IMG/VR virus record: IMGVR_UViG_3300010429_001883
Coordinates: 1-64,000 of that record
Strand: one strand, 5' to 3'
From: a virus
Taxonomy: Duplodnaviria; Caudoviricetes
Length of the DNA stretch: 64,000 bases
Shown here one piece after another: positions 40,855 through 51,815 of this stretch. The notes under the pieces were generated by a model that did no database searches, was not told the DNA's origin, and was given only the letters and a program-made list of their open reading frames with translations. The stretch's first letter is position 1, and every line of letters starts with the position of its first letter. A program made the translations under genes and the position numbers.

Positions 40855-41859
40855 TTAATATAAGGATTTTAATGATTCAGCAACAGAATCAATATCGTCT
40901 TCTGGGAATATTCTATATTTATTTATATTACATTCACGGCAAATGCTGTGTGTAGACTTACCTTCATCTAACATATTTAATCTAAAGTTTCTAAGTTTTT
41001 CCCCATTCCATATATCATATAAAGATTCTTTTGTACAGTTGCCAATTATCTCTGGATAGGCTATGGAGTAACATGGGACAACATTGCCATCTGGGTTTAT
41101 CTGCATGGTAAAAAAGGGTTGTGGGCAAACTTTTGTTGTTCTGGCAGTAAGCCCAAACTGTGTTAGTTCCTCTTTTCCTAGCTCCGAATTCATCTCCACA
41201 CCTGGATAAATTGGGCTGGCATGCTCAACTGACATGGAATCACAAATTTCTCCAAACATATCGTAAAATTTTAGTTTGTCTTCGTCGTTTCGCAATGCCA
41301 CATCTATTATCTTGATGTATATGTGTAATTTGTCTTTATGCTTGTACAAATAACGGATGTTGTTGACAAATTCAGCCATATCAATATTAACATTACTTAC
41401 TTCTTCATATCTTTCAGATGTGGTACCTTGCAGTGAGATAACTAGTCGGTCAAGACCAGCAGCTATGATAGAATCTGACATGGCATTTGATAATAAGTCA
41501 GCATTTGTTAATATTTCAGTTCTTTCTGCTCTTCCGCTTTGCTTGGCATAGGCAACCATGTCTGCAATATTTTTGTGTAGAAGTGGTTCACCCATACCAA
41601 CAAATCGAATGACTTTAATGGTATTTGGGAACTCCTTTAGGTCTTCAATACACTTAGTGTAAAGTTCATAATCCATTAACGTTTTGTTGGAGATAAAACC
41701 TCGGTCTTCTCTGGGAATTGAAAACACACAGTATTTACATCGAAAAGTACATGCGTATACTGGAAAGAATTGAATTAAAATTGGGGTATTTAGAGGCAAA
41801 ATGTCAGCTAGAGGTGTTCTTTGCCCGCCAGGTGCTGCTTTATCTATAATGATGGCCAT
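40855..41859 (-). CDS. Radical SAM / SPASM protein
   Basis: CTFRCKYC, GEPLL, CPQPF...GNVVPC...C..C. Confidence 0.9.
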   Translation of the reverse strand: MAIIIDKAAPGGQRTPLADILPLNTPILIQFFPVYACTFRCKYCVFSIPREDRGFISNKTLMDYELYTKCIEDLKEFPNTIKVIRFVGMGEPLLHKNIADMVAYAKQSGRAERTEILTNADLLSNAMSDSIIAAGLDRLVISLQGTTSERYEEVSNVNIDMAEFVNNIRYLYKHKDKLHIYIKIIDVALRNDEDKLKFYDMFGEICDSMSVEHASPIYPGVEMNSELGKEELTQFGLTARTTKVCPQPFFTMQINPDGNVVPCYSIAYPEIIGNCTKESLYDIWNGEKLRNFRLNMLDEGKSTHSICRECNINKYRIFPEDDIDSVAESLKSLY

Positions 41860-42932
41860 TATTCAAAGTCTTCCTTATCAAATACATCTTGCCATATCAC
41901 AGGCAGTTCCTTTCCATATATGCGTCCAATTTCATATTTTTCTATGAATTCTTTATCTTCGGCTATTAAGCAGGTGTTTTTCTTAAACGGTTTTAGTCTC
42001 ATACACCTATCTAAGATATTTTTCAGCGGTTCTTCAAAAACATTACCTAAAGAACAATGAAAATAAGGGCACGGCAAAACATCCCCATACTGAGTAATTG
42101 ATACAATATTACTACCAGCTATACACCCCAAATTCAAACCGTAGGCTGGCGTTATGTGAGTATATACCCAATGTTTCTTTTCCAATTCTCTAAAATAGTC
42201 CATGTCTTTCATATCAATTAAAATATCTGTGTTTCCTTCCCACGCACCTACCGGTTTAGCATACGTAACGAATACTCCTATGTTCCTATTGTTAAAGTAT
42301 TGTATGAAGTTAATAAACTCATCTGAATATAGGCGCTGTTTTGTAACAACAGTTTGAATAAATATGTCTAGCCCAGCATTTAACGTCGCATCAACAGCAG
42401 CCATACATCTAGCATGAGAACCACGAGCTTTTCTAAAATCATCGTGTTCTTTTGGGTCAAGACTGTCGATACTTAATTGAATTCTATCTATGCCAATGTC
42501 TTTTAGATGCTTAGCTCTTTCTTCGTCAAGAAACCACCCGTTGGTATCAACGTTAATATAAAATCTTTCAGGGCCAATTGTTTGTATTAGTTCATCAAAA
42601 TCTTTAAATATTAGGGGTTCTCCCCCAGTTATGACGAACCTAGCTAAGCCCAAGGCATCTGCTTGATCGGCCAGATTTCTGACATCTGGCATTGTAAATT
42701 CTCTTTTATTCTTTTTACCTTGAAATTTTTTTATGGAACAATGCTGGCATTTAAAATTGCATTTATAATTATATTGAAACTGTAGTATAGCAATACTTTC
42801 ACCACGAGATATCTTATCATCAAATTTTATTACTTTTTCATAAACAAGAGGTTTTTCTTTTCTTAATTTTTCTCGTCTATCAAGTTCTTTTTGTTTAAGT
42901 AAGTGATCCACTATAGTGCCTCCTAATTTCAT
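41859..42932 (-). CDS. Radical SAM / SPASM-Twitch protein
   Basis: CNFKCQHC, TGGEPL, CIAG...GDVLPC. Confidence 0.9.
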   Translation of the reverse strand: MKLGGTIVDHLLKQKELDRREKLRKEKPLVYEKVIKFDDKISRGESIAILQFQYNYKCNFKCQHCSIKKFQGKKNKREFTMPDVRNLADQADALGLARFVITGGEPLIFKDFDELIQTIGPERFYINVDTNGWFLDEERAKHLKDIGIDRIQLSIDSLDPKEHDDFRKARGSHARCMAAVDATLNAGLDIFIQTVVTKQRLYSDEFINFIQYFNNRNIGVFVTYAKPVGAWEGNTDILIDMKDMDYFRELEKKHWVYTHITPAYGLNLGCIAGSNIVSITQYGDVLPCPYFHCSLGNVFEEPLKNILDRCMRLKPFKKNTCLIAEDKEFIEKYEIGRIYGKELPVIWQDVFDKEDFE

Positions 42933-44799
42933 TCAACTCGCTTTCTGGTAAAAAGGGCCACAGGTCGTCTAAAGCAGAAGTTACCATTGTTGCTTTATGA
43001 TCATCAGTTATAGATACCTTGGATGTAACTTTACATACAGTTGAATTTTCCATTGGCATTTTGACAATACAAACAACAGGTTCGCTGTATCTAGACGCCT
43101 CTTCGTATGCAATGGGTATAACAACATCAGCATTATATCCGTAAGCCTCAATTGTATGTAATCCATAGGCCTTACACACTCTTTTTAAATTGGGTAAATT
43201 AAGGCCGCTGGTTTTGGTGCTACCCACATAATTCATATTAAAATGTTGTTCCTGTGTACTTCTGATAGAAGCATATCCGCTATTATCCCACACATAGACA
43301 ACTATTGGTTTTTTCAATGCGCTTAGGGTGGCCAACTCTTGTATATTAAGCTGTAGGCTTCCGTCCCCTTCAATGCATACGACAGTACCTAAACCAAACT
43401 TGGCGTGGGCGGCGCCAATCGCTGCCGGCAAACCAAACCCCATTGAACCTAATCCTGGGTTGTTTAATATTCTGGTTCCAGCAGGCAAGTTAATGTGCTG
43501 CATTGTTATTTCAGCACAGCCCCCTGAACTGCCAGGAACTACAATGTCATCTTTCTGCAATAGCCCAGATAAAATATTGATAAACTCATATGGGTCTAAG
43601 TATTCATTACAAGTTTGCCTGGGAGTTATTTTATACTTTTTCTTCCACTCTTGGCAAAGTTGTAGCCAGCTAATATCTTTTTTGGTGAATATCTCGTTCT
43701 TATCATGCAAAATTTCCAAGAAAATCCTTGCATCTATTTGTATCTTTTTTGTATTTTCTATTTTATTCAATTCATCTTGATCTATATCTACAACATATTT
43801 TACAGCATTCGGTGCAAAACAATCTGGCCTGTACCCGGTTTGTCCAAGGTCTAACCTTGCCCCTATACTTAGAACAAAGTCTGCGCCTTGCAGTGTAAAA
43901 TTGGCCGCACGTTGACCAACAGATCCAGGCAATCCTATATAGTTTTCCCACTGAGAGCACATATCCATAGCTCTCCAGGTAGCCAATAATGGAATGTTAT
44001 TTCTAGCCAACGTCTCTAAAAATGTTTTTAACCAACAAGAGTTATATGAAGACCTTAATCCATTACCAATTAGCACAACAGGATTATTGCTTTTTCTTAG
44101 ATCAACAAGCATATCATCGGCGGCTCTTCTTGCAACCATTGCTGCTTGGTATGATAATTTATCTTCATTTGTCTCTAGCGTATTATCTGAGTATTTTTTA
44201 TAATACGGATATTTTCCAATTGGATTTAATGTGTTATTAAAAATATAGAATTCTGCTAAACAGTCATTATAATTTAAGATTGCTGCCTGAATATCTAGTG
44301 GGATATCCAACCAGACTGGCCCTTTCCTGCCAGTAGTTGCTGTCTTAATTAGGTCAAATACAGTTTTTGTTATAAGGGCAGGGTCCAAAAGAGTCTCAAC
44401 TTGTTTAACAACTGGAGCAACCAAGGCTGCGGTATTAACTTGTTGAAATCCGTATTGTCGCAAATTACCCGTTTTATTGAGATCGGTGGTTTTAACCTGA
44501 CCAGATATAAAAAGACAGGGAGTTGAGTCTAACCACGCGGCTGTCGCTGCTGTGATGGCGTTGGTCACTCCTGGACCTGTTGTTACTAAACATACCCCCA
44601 ATTCGTCAGTTAGCTGGCCGTAGGCATCCGCAGCAATTCCTGCTGCTTGTTCGTGTAACATACAAACAGGAGTTATGCTGCTTCTGCTCAACGAATCAAC
44701 AAGATGCATAGCTCCTCCGCCGGGGAGATAAAACACGTGTTTGATTCCAAGCTTTTCTAATATAACGAAAAGATAGTCAGATAATTTAATTTTCCTCAC
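42895..44799 (-). CDS. TPP-dependent acetolactate-synthase-like enzyme (YerE-like sugar C-C ligase)
   Basis: PGGGAMHL, HEQ, TTGPG, GSMG, GDGS...DNSGY; lies within the CDP-sugar cluster. Confidence 0.88.
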   Translation of the reverse strand: MRKIKLSDYLFVILEKLGIKHVFYLPGGGAMHLVDSLSRSSITPVCMLHEQAAGIAADAYGQLTDELGVCLVTTGPGVTNAITAATAAWLDSTPCLFISGQVKTTDLNKTGNLRQYGFQQVNTAALVAPVVKQVETLLDPALITKTVFDLIKTATTGRKGPVWLDIPLDIQAAILNYNDCLAEFYIFNNTLNPIGKYPYYKKYSDNTLETNEDKLSYQAAMVARRAADDMLVDLRKSNNPVVLIGNGLRSSYNSCWLKTFLETLARNNIPLLATWRAMDMCSQWENYIGLPGSVGQRAANFTLQGADFVLSIGARLDLGQTGYRPDCFAPNAVKYVVDIDQDELNKIENTKKIQIDARIFLEILHDKNEIFTKKDISWLQLCQEWKKKYKITPRQTCNEYLDPYEFINILSGLLQKDDIVVPGSSGGCAEITMQHINLPAGTRILNNPGLGSMGFGLPAAIGAAHAKFGLGTVVCIEGDGSLQLNIQELATLSALKKPIVVYVWDNSGYASIRSTQEQHFNMNYVGSTKTSGLNLPNLKRVCKAYGLHTIEAYGYNADVVIPIAYEEASRYSEPVVCIVKMPMENSTVCKVTSKVSITDDHKATMVTSALDDLWPFLPESELNEIRRHYSGSLT

Positions 44800-46309
44800 T
44801 TGCTTCTCTCCAATAAGTTACAAATGTTTTTCTATTCTTATTTTTATTAATTTCTTCAACAGAATAATAAGAATCCGAGCTATCGTGAGTTGTTGACAGT
44901 TCTTCAATAACTGCTCCTGACGCAGTTTCCATTTTATGCTTTACGCCAGGCTCTACAACAACAATATCTCCTTTTGTATATGTTTTAGTTACATCATTTA
45001 GTGTTATATCTACATCACCCCAAATAATATAAAAGGCTTCCTCCTTTTTCAAATGGTACTGTTCAGGATGCTTTTGGCACGGAAGAAGCACTAAATATTT
45101 TTTACAATATTCTCTGTTTATTATTGTAAACATGGCCATTCCATACATAAAGAATTGATAAAGGCCGTAATGGTGAGAAAGCTCTATTTTTGTATTTTCA
45201 GGTATAACTATTCCACTTTTTTCAACCAATTCTTGAACAACTTGAACAGCTGACAAAACATATGACCTGTGGTCGTATCTTTTAACAGTGTTGTGTTTTA
45301 TGGCAGAATTGGCCTTCAAAGATGAAGTGGCTGTAAATGAACAATACTTAGATACATCATTAGAGTAATACTGTTCATCTTCGGCAGGTATGGCATAGAA
45401 AAAATCTTTTTCAAACAGCCTTTCACCGGCATCAACATCTCTGTTAACAAAAACACCGCGCTTTAATGAATTTAAAGAATCTTGCTCTTCTTTTATGTTG
45501 GCTTCGCTAGATTCATACATTGCGCAAGCCTCTCGAAGAGCATTTAGCCAGCATTCCAGTTGCGGTGGCCTAACAGAATAAGAGTTAACGGCATTAGGAT
45601 GTTTAATAGATGGTAGTGCTACGTGCTTTTCAAATATGTTGGCTCCACACGCTACAGCCATGAAGACAGATGAATATATGTTAGGATCTTCGTGTGTTGA
45701 GAAACCAACGTGCTTTAATTTAGGGAACATGCTTTGTATCTTTTGTAGACGAGAAACATTTAGATCTTGTGGTTCAGATGGATATTTTGCAACACAGTGC
45801 ATAATGGCGTGTTCAATTTTACGGTGTCTGAAAAAGTTATGAACTTTTTTGACTTCATACAAATCAATACCGGCCGTAGATGCAATTACAGGTAAACCGG
45901 CTTCAGCCACTTTAGTTAATAGGGGCCAATCGTTAATAGAACAGCTACCAATCTTTATTGCATCATAACCATGTTTAACTATCTTATCTACAGAAATTTC
46001 ATCAAAAGGCGTGCAAATAACTTTAAATCCAAGACTCTTAGCCCTTTCTATCAACCGAATAAACTCTTCCTCTGACAATCGTGTTTCAGAAAATCTTTTT
46101 ACATATTTTATATCCATACGATCTTTATAATCTGGATGTATAAATGTGTCTAAATCTCGGTACTGAAATTTAAATGCAAAAGTAAATTCTTTATAGTTTT
46201 CTACAACACCATGAAAGGCATTAATAATATCTAAGCCATGGGAAACATCTCCCATATGATTATTTGCCATTTCCAGAATAATTAGTTTCTTGTTAAATAG
46301 GTCTGTCAT
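44786..46309 (-). CDS. NeuB/SpsE-family synthase with SAF-like and C-terminal cupin domains
   Basis: EMANNHMGD, KFQ, TPFD, HCVAKYP, GFSTHE, FEKH; cupin HPEQYH.KKEE...H. Confidence 0.88.
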   Translation of the reverse strand: MTDLFNKKLIILEMANNHMGDVSHGLDIINAFHGVVENYKEFTFAFKFQYRDLDTFIHPDYKDRMDIKYVKRFSETRLSEEEFIRLIERAKSLGFKVICTPFDEISVDKIVKHGYDAIKIGSCSINDWPLLTKVAEAGLPVIASTAGIDLYEVKKVHNFFRHRKIEHAIMHCVAKYPSEPQDLNVSRLQKIQSMFPKLKHVGFSTHEDPNIYSSVFMAVACGANIFEKHVALPSIKHPNAVNSYSVRPPQLECWLNALREACAMYESSEANIKEEQDSLNSLKRGVFVNRDVDAGERLFEKDFFYAIPAEDEQYYSNDVSKYCSFTATSSLKANSAIKHNTVKRYDHRSYVLSAVQVVQELVEKSGIVIPENTKIELSHHYGLYQFFMYGMAMFTIINREYCKKYLVLLPCQKHPEQYHLKKEEAFYIIWGDVDITLNDVTKTYTKGDIVVVEPGVKHKMETASGAVIEELSTTHDSSDSYYSVEEINKNKNRKTFVTYWREASEEN

Positions 46310-47601
46310 ACATTATTCTCCACAAACGTTTTTAAAACACTTCCAATCCACTTAACTTGTTCAACGTTTATTCCAGGATAAACTCCTATAAAAAACGAAT
46401 TATTTAGAACAGTGTTTGTATTTAATTGATTGCCGTATATTCTATATTTAATGTCTTTAAATGCTGGGTGGTAAAGCAGATTGCCAGCAAAGATTGGCCT
46501 TGTTTCAATTTTCTTTCTTTCAAAATAAGAAACCATGTCGTTTCTTGTAAATCTTGCTTTATTGGTTAACGTAACAACATAACAAAACCATGAAGGAAAA
46601 TCGGTTGGCAACTCGGTTTGATGCGGAATAAATAACCTGCCGTATTCGTCAAATAAAGAAGCTATTCTAGAATGATTATCTCTTCTAGACTGTACAAAGG
46701 ATGGCAGCTTTTCTAGTTGTGCACAACCAATAGCAGCCTGCATTTCTGTCATTTTAAGATTATACCCAATATGCGAATATACGTACTTGTGGTCATACCC
46801 TTCGGGCAATTCTCCGTGTTTACCAGTAAAACGTAATCCACACGAGTTACTTTGGCCGGACTTGCATACACAGTCTCTACCCCAATCTCTGAAAGATTTA
46901 CAGATATCAGCAAGAATAGAGTTGGAAGTTAAGACTGCTCCACCCTCTCCTGTTGTTATCATGTGAGCCGGATAAAAGGATAATGTTGAGATATGCCCAA
47001 TAGCGCCTGTTTTTCTTACTCCAGACATTGCACCAAGAGCATCACAATTGTCTTCAATAATCCATAAATCAAATTCATTGGCAATACTAAAAATGGCGTC
47101 AACATCAAACGGAACACCAAAAGAGTGAGGAATAAAAATTGCTTTAGTTTTTGGTCCTATAGCCTTTCGTATTAGGTTAGGGTTAATATTATACGAACCA
47201 AGCTCTATATCTACAAACACAGGGACTAAAGAATTTTGTATGATTGGTGCAAGCGTGGTTGGGAATCCAGCTGCCGTAGTAATTACTTCATCCCCAGGTT
47301 TAAGTCGTCTATCACCAAGTTTTTTAGAAGTGAGTGCCGAAATAGCAATAAGATTTGCTGAAGATCCAGAATTTACAGCAATTGCATGCTTAACGCCTAT
47401 ATAATTTTCCAAGCCTTTTTCAAACTTATTGATATACTTACTTTCCGTAAGTTGGAACTCTAGACACGCGTCGACAGCATATTGTATTTCTTTCTCATCA
47501 AAAACCCTGCCAGCATAGTGGACAAGGTCTATCCCAGGTCTAAACTTTTTTTTAGGGTGTAGTTTAAGGAATTCTTCCTTTATTATATCATTCATATCCA
47601 T
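46306..47601 (-). CDS. rfbH: CDP-4-keto-6-deoxy-D-glucose 3-dehydrase (E1)
   Basis: NSGSSANL, EDNCDALG, SFYPAH (His at the usual Lys position), RDWGRDC.C...C, GYDHKY. Confidence 0.92.
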   Translation of the reverse strand: MDMNDIIKEEFLKLHPKKKFRPGIDLVHYAGRVFDEKEIQYAVDACLEFQLTESKYINKFEKGLENYIGVKHAIAVNSGSSANLIAISALTSKKLGDRRLKPGDEVITTAAGFPTTLAPIIQNSLVPVFVDIELGSYNINPNLIRKAIGPKTKAIFIPHSFGVPFDVDAIFSIANEFDLWIIEDNCDALGAMSGVRKTGAIGHISTLSFYPAHMITTGEGGAVLTSNSILADICKSFRDWGRDCVCKSGQSNSCGLRFTGKHGELPEGYDHKYVYSHIGYNLKMTEMQAAIGCAQLEKLPSFVQSRRDNHSRIASLFDEYGRLFIPHQTELPTDFPSWFCYVVTLTNKARFTRNDMVSYFERKKIETRPIFAGNLLYHPAFKDIKYRIYGNQLNTNTVLNNSFFIGVYPGINVEQVKWIGSVLKTFVENNV

Positions 47602-48685
47602 TTAAACTCTCTTCAATTTGGTTTATACAAACTTCAAACACATCTTTATTATCTTTAAAGGCAACAGTAAAATCTACTACATTTTTAATAGTTTTATCAA
47701 TGTCAGTTATCGGTTTCCAATTCAATTTACTTCGTGCTTGTGTGCTGTCTAGTTTTAAAATTTCTGTTTCATGCTCTTTGTCTATGGACGATTCTGCTTT
47801 TATCGGTACTGGATGACCATTAGCCTCTACCCAATAATACATGAATTTTTCTACTAAGTCAAGGGTTTCTAAGTATTGATCATCGTTTGGACCAAAATTC
47901 CAAGAGTCAGCTAAATCGCCGCTTATGTATAAGTTTTGTGCTAAAAGTAAATAACCAATAAGAGGATCTAGCACAAACTGCCACGGTCTAATTGCTCTTA
48001 TGTGTCTTATTGTTATTGGTGTTCCTGAAAGGACGGCCCTAACACAGTCAGGTATTAATCTATTCTTAGCCCAATCTCCTCCGCCTAAAACATTTCCAGA
48101 TCTAGCAGTAGCAACAAATTGTGTATCTTTAAAAAAGGAGTTTCTATAAGATGCTGTTACAATCTCAGCCGCAGCTTTACTAGCGGCGTAAGGATCATAT
48201 CCACCTAACGTATCGTTTTCTCTATATGGCCATGGCCACTGTTTGTCATAATAAACTTTATCAGTTGTAACGACGACTATAGCTTTAACGCTAGGAGTTG
48301 TTCTACATGCCTCTAAAACATTAACAGTTCCTAATGTATTTGTCTCAAAAGTATAGACAGGTTTATCATAAGAATCAATAACTAAAGGCTGTGCGGCGAG
48401 ATGGAATACAACTTCTGGTTGTACTCTCTCAAAAACGTGTTTAACTCTGGAAAGATTTCTAACATCTCCTACAGTTTGATTAAACCCCCAAAGCCCCTCT
48501 AAATCAACTAAATCAAATAAAGATGGGATAGTAGGCGGAGGCAATGAAAATCCAGTTACTAAAGCACCCAGCCTTACAAGTAAAAGGCTTAACCAAGACC
48601 CTTTAAACCCAGTACTGCCGGTAAGGAGGACATTCCTGTGGTACCAAAAATTATTATCAATCATGCCACACCTTCCAAGGAGCAT
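47588..48685 (-). CDS. rfbG: CDP-glucose 4,6-dehydratase
   Basis: TG.TGFKGSWL, HLAAQPLV, TTDKVY, YAASK, GGGDWA..R, RPWQ. Confidence 0.93.
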   Translation of the reverse strand: MLLGRCGMIDNNFWYHRNVLLTGSTGFKGSWLSLLLVRLGALVTGFSLPPPTIPSLFDLVDLEGLWGFNQTVGDVRNLSRVKHVFERVQPEVVFHLAAQPLVIDSYDKPVYTFETNTLGTVNVLEACRTTPSVKAIVVVTTDKVYYDKQWPWPYRENDTLGGYDPYAASKAAAEIVTASYRNSFFKDTQFVATARSGNVLGGGDWAKNRLIPDCVRAVLSGTPITIRHIRAIRPWQFVLDPLIGYLLLAQNLYISGDLADSWNFGPNDDQYLETLDLVEKFMYYWVEANGHPVPIKAESSIDKEHETEILKLDSTQARSKLNWKPITDIDKTIKNVVDFTVAFKDNKDVFEVCINQIEESLNGYE

Positions 48686-49421
48686 TACCAGAATTCCATA
48701 AATCTTCTAATTCGTTTTTATCTCTCAGATTATCCATGCACTTCCAAAAATCGAAGTGTTTGTATGTTTGTAATTTTCCATCGTTGCAAATATCCCTAAG
48801 AGCCTCTCCTTCCCAAGAGGTTTTGTCACTTTCTATGTAATCAATGGCTTTTTTGTCACAAACAAAAAATCCACCATTTATCCAAGTACCGTGGGGTTTT
48901 TCTGCAAAAGCAGTTGCTTTCCCAGTTAAATCTGTTTCTACTGCACCAAAACGGCCTGGCTGTTGTATTGCTGTCATAGTGACTAATGAGCCGTTTAGAT
49001 CGTGGGTGGATACCAAGGCTTGTAAATTTATATTGGCAACACCATCCCCATACGTAAGCATGAAAGTATCACCATCTATATAATCACAAATTCTTTTTAT
49101 TCTTCCTCCTGTCTGTGTGGTTAGCCCAGTATCAATCATTGTAACAGCCCAATCTTCATCATCCTTGCTGTGATAAAAGATACTGCCCCCTCTAATTGTA
49201 ATATTTGATTGATAAAGGAGGTAGTGATGAAAATATTCTTTAATCATATGCCCTTTATATCCAAGGCACAGAATGAAATCCTTAAATCCATAGTAGGAGT
49301 ATAGTTTCATGATATGCCATAGAATGGGCTTACCTCCAATTTCAACCATGGGCTTTGGTCTAAGTTGAGTGTCCTCGCTAAGCCTAGTCCCCATTCCACC
49401 AACAAGTATAACTACTTTCAT
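48657..49421 (-). CDS. rfbF: Glucose-1-phosphate cytidylyltransferase
   Basis: GG.GTRL.E.T..RPKPMVEIG, TQTGGR, TYGDG, WINGGFF, FW.CMD..RD, APWK.W. Confidence 0.95.
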   Translation of the reverse strand: MKVVILVGGMGTRLSEDTQLRPKPMVEIGGKPILWHIMKLYSYYGFKDFILCLGYKGHMIKEYFHHYLLYQSNITIRGGSIFYHSKDDEDWAVTMIDTGLTTQTGGRIKRICDYIDGDTFMLTYGDGVANINLQALVSTHDLNGSLVTMTAIQQPGRFGAVETDLTGKATAFAEKPHGTWINGGFFVCDKKAIDYIESDKTSWEGEALRDICNDGKLQTYKHFDFWKCMDNLRDKNELEDLWNSGNAPWKVWHD

Positions 49422-50257
49422 ACATTCCTCTCAGTTGCTATTTTTTGGGTGTATTCTATGAACCTCGTTAAACTATCCTGAAATTGTTGATACTTTTCTA
49501 CATAAATATTTCTCATAGCTTCACTGTTCATTGTTGATTTAGCTTTATCTGTTTCTTCAATACCCCACCCACACCCCAACCACCCCGTTTCTAGGTTTAT
49601 TTCGTCTTTTTTAAAGTAACCATCAGGAACTATTACTACTGGGCACCCACATAATCTGGCATTATCATATAAAGATGTAACTACATCATACGTTATGAAA
49701 AGTTCAGACCTACAAAATAATTCAGCCAGTTGGTTTTGTTCTTGTGGCCACCCTCGTGTTATTTCTTTTGCTCCAGCTGTTTCTGGAATTCGTTTAGTTC
49801 TCGATCCTTTTCCTACATAAAAACAAATACCTGATCTTGGTAATTTACGATCATAATAAATATCCAATTCGATTGTTGGAAGGAAAAGTTGTCTTTCATC
49901 AGGCAATCCAAACATGCCATAGGCTTTTGAAAACGGATAAATTAGATCTTCTGGTGGGTATTCTGTTGGGCCACCTATTTTACCTGGCCTGTTTAAAACC
50001 CACCTAACGACTGTTTTGCAATTAAATGGATTACCGAATATAATTTCTGGGTATACTGCGATAGCCCCTGACTTTGAAATTCTTTCAATTGCTGGATCAT
50101 TGGTTAGGGGGGCAACTTTCCACGGCGGATGCTGCACATCCGTATTCATGTATACATATGCGTTTCTTTTTTGTATTTCATAAGCCAATGCGTGTAATGT
50201 TTTACATCCGCCGCTTCTTCTATCAAATGGAGGTGCCCAAACAATATATGGAAACAT
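49418..50257 (-). CDS. Putative glycosyltransferase-associated protein
   Basis: SGG..LH.L, AVYPEI..GNP....VVRW.L, YVGKG, A.LCGC pattern; located in the sugar cluster. Confidence 0.65.
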   Translation of the reverse strand: MFPYIVWAPPFDRRSGGCKTLHALAYEIQKRNAYVYMNTDVQHPPWKVAPLTNDPAIERISKSGAIAVYPEIIFGNPFNCKTVVRWVLNRPGKIGGPTEYPPEDLIYPFSKAYGMFGLPDERQLFLPTIELDIYYDRKLPRSGICFYVGKGSRTKRIPETAGAKEITRGWPQEQNQLAELFCRSELFITYDVVTSLYDNARLCGCPVVIVPDGYFKKDEINLETGWLGCGWGIEETDKAKSTMNSEAMRNIYVEKYQQFQDSLTRFIEYTQKIATERNV

Positions 50258-50265
50258 GGTTTGTA

Positions 50266-51024
50266 CTACTCAACAAAATTTTCTATCTTCCTATTATAAA
50301 AATTATTTACATAATATTGTTTTGTGTTAACCAACTCTTCTCTCCTTTTATTAAATTTATATATAAATTGCTTGGCTTCTCTTTCTTTAAATGCAGTATA
50401 CTCTGATTTTGCTCCGGTGTCAATTGGTTTAGTATTAAAATGCAAAACAAAGCAAAACAATTTATTTAGTAAATATATTCTATAGAATAATTCAGAGTCT
50501 TCGTATCCATACTTGGTAAACTCGTAAAAGAAGCCTAATGCCTTTCTGAGTGCTGGACCAATCATTATAAAGTCACCGGTTATGCCACCATATGTTGTTG
50601 TCCCAACTTCTACGCCGTCTTCTAACCTGAACCTAGAAACTATTGGTCTATCTTTGTAGGTGTGAACACCTAGAACACCTATTTTAGGGTTTTCTGCTAA
50701 GCAATACATCATCCATTGATCCCAGTTAGGTGTATTAATTTCTACATCATTGTCTATTTTAGTAAAGTAATAATTATCTGGTATGTAAGAAAGCACTTGA
50801 TTAAGTGCGCCACCAACACCAATGTTCTTTTTATTGAGAACTAATTTTATTCTCGGATTTTCTTTTTTAAATGCTTTTAAATACGAAACTGTTTCTGTAT
50901 CAGACCCGTTATCAATAACAAAAATTTCAGTATCTCTAGAAGTGTTTTCTACAAGCTTTGGCAATGACTGTTGTGTTAAATAGAGCCTATTGAAAGATGT
51001 ATAACAAATTGCACCAAGCATCAC
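50266..51024 (-). CDS. GT2 glycosyltransferase
   Basis: SFNR, IDNGSD, N.GV..ALN, IDND, YGYED. Confidence 0.88.
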   Translation of the reverse strand: MMLGAICYTSFNRLYLTQQSLPKLVENTSRDTEIFVIDNGSDTETVSYLKAFKKENPRIKLVLNKKNIGVGGALNQVLSYIPDNYYFTKIDNDVEINTPNWDQWMMYCLAENPKIGVLGVHTYKDRPIVSRFRLEDGVEVGTTTYGGITGDFIMIGPALRKALGFFYEFTKYGYEDSELFYRIYLLNKLFCFVLHFNTKPIDTGAKSEYTAFKEREAKQFIYKFNKRREELVNTKQYYVNNFYNRKIENFVE

Positions 51025-51815
51025 AGTTCTCCTGGAAATTTAGGAACTGTTAGCTGCCCTCTTAAACTTTTAGTTTTTGTTTCAGCAATTATCTTTGTTT
51101 CTTCTAGTTGTCCAAGATCTATGTGCTTACCAATGAAATCTATTAAGTAAATAGCTTCTCCATGTTTTCTCAATGTTTGAGAAAGCCGAGTATCTTCAAA
51201 ACCATATATTCTTTCTTCACTAAATCTTTTATTCTTTAAAAGATCTGCTCTGTACATGCTGCAAGCTCCAAGTAAGTGAGGAACTTTACCAATAGCATAC
51301 TTGTTGCCGGTTGTTGTTTCTATGTAGTACTTTGGGTTCCAGTTTTCATCCACAAAGTTATTTTTTATATCAAGTTCACTGTGTGGAGTTAGCCCAACTT
51401 GGCTATAACTGCCATTTGAGTTTTCAAGGACATCAACCAAACCGAAGAGCCAATCTTTACGAACCTTTTCTTTTGGTATGCACAGGAAAGGGATATGGAC
51501 AATTCTTTCTTTGGTTGGAACTATGAAATCATTATCTAATTTTAGGAAGTGTTGTTCTGGTTTTCTAATGTCCAAAACAGTATTTAGAACTTTACCAACC
51601 CCATAATTCTTGTCAAAGAAATGCACTTTAAAGGTTGACCCGTTGTCAAGAACCTTTCCGTCCCAAGTCTTTAAGTATTCAACTACATCCTGGGGTGAGC
51701 CGTTGTCGCAAATGACGCAATCAAATGGCATATTTGTAAGCTCTAATGCTTCCAAACACTCTTTTGTATAAGAAAGCCTATACCAACTTGTAATTCCAAT
51801 TAATACTTTATTCAT
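51021..51815 (-). CDS. GT2 glycosyltransferase
   Basis: CDNGS, NYGV...LN, LDND, YGFED. Confidence 0.88.
   Translation of the reverse strand: MNKVLIGITSWYRLSYTKECLEALELTNMPFDCVICDNGSPQDVVEYLKTWDGKVLDNGSTFKVHFFDKNYGVGKVLNTVLDIRKPEQHFLKLDNDFIVPTKERIVHIPFLCIPKEKVRKDWLFGLVDVLENSNGSYSQVGLTPHSELDIKNNFVDENWNPKYYIETTTGNKYAIGKVPHLLGACSMYRADLLKNKRFSEERIYGFEDTRLSQTLRKHGEAIYLIDFIGKHIDLGQLEETKIIAETKTKSLRGQLTVPKFPGEL

Noticed and set aside
42895-44799. Branched-chain amino acid ilvB
   Set aside because: No small subunit or other ilv genes are present, and it is embedded in a CDP-sugar cluster.
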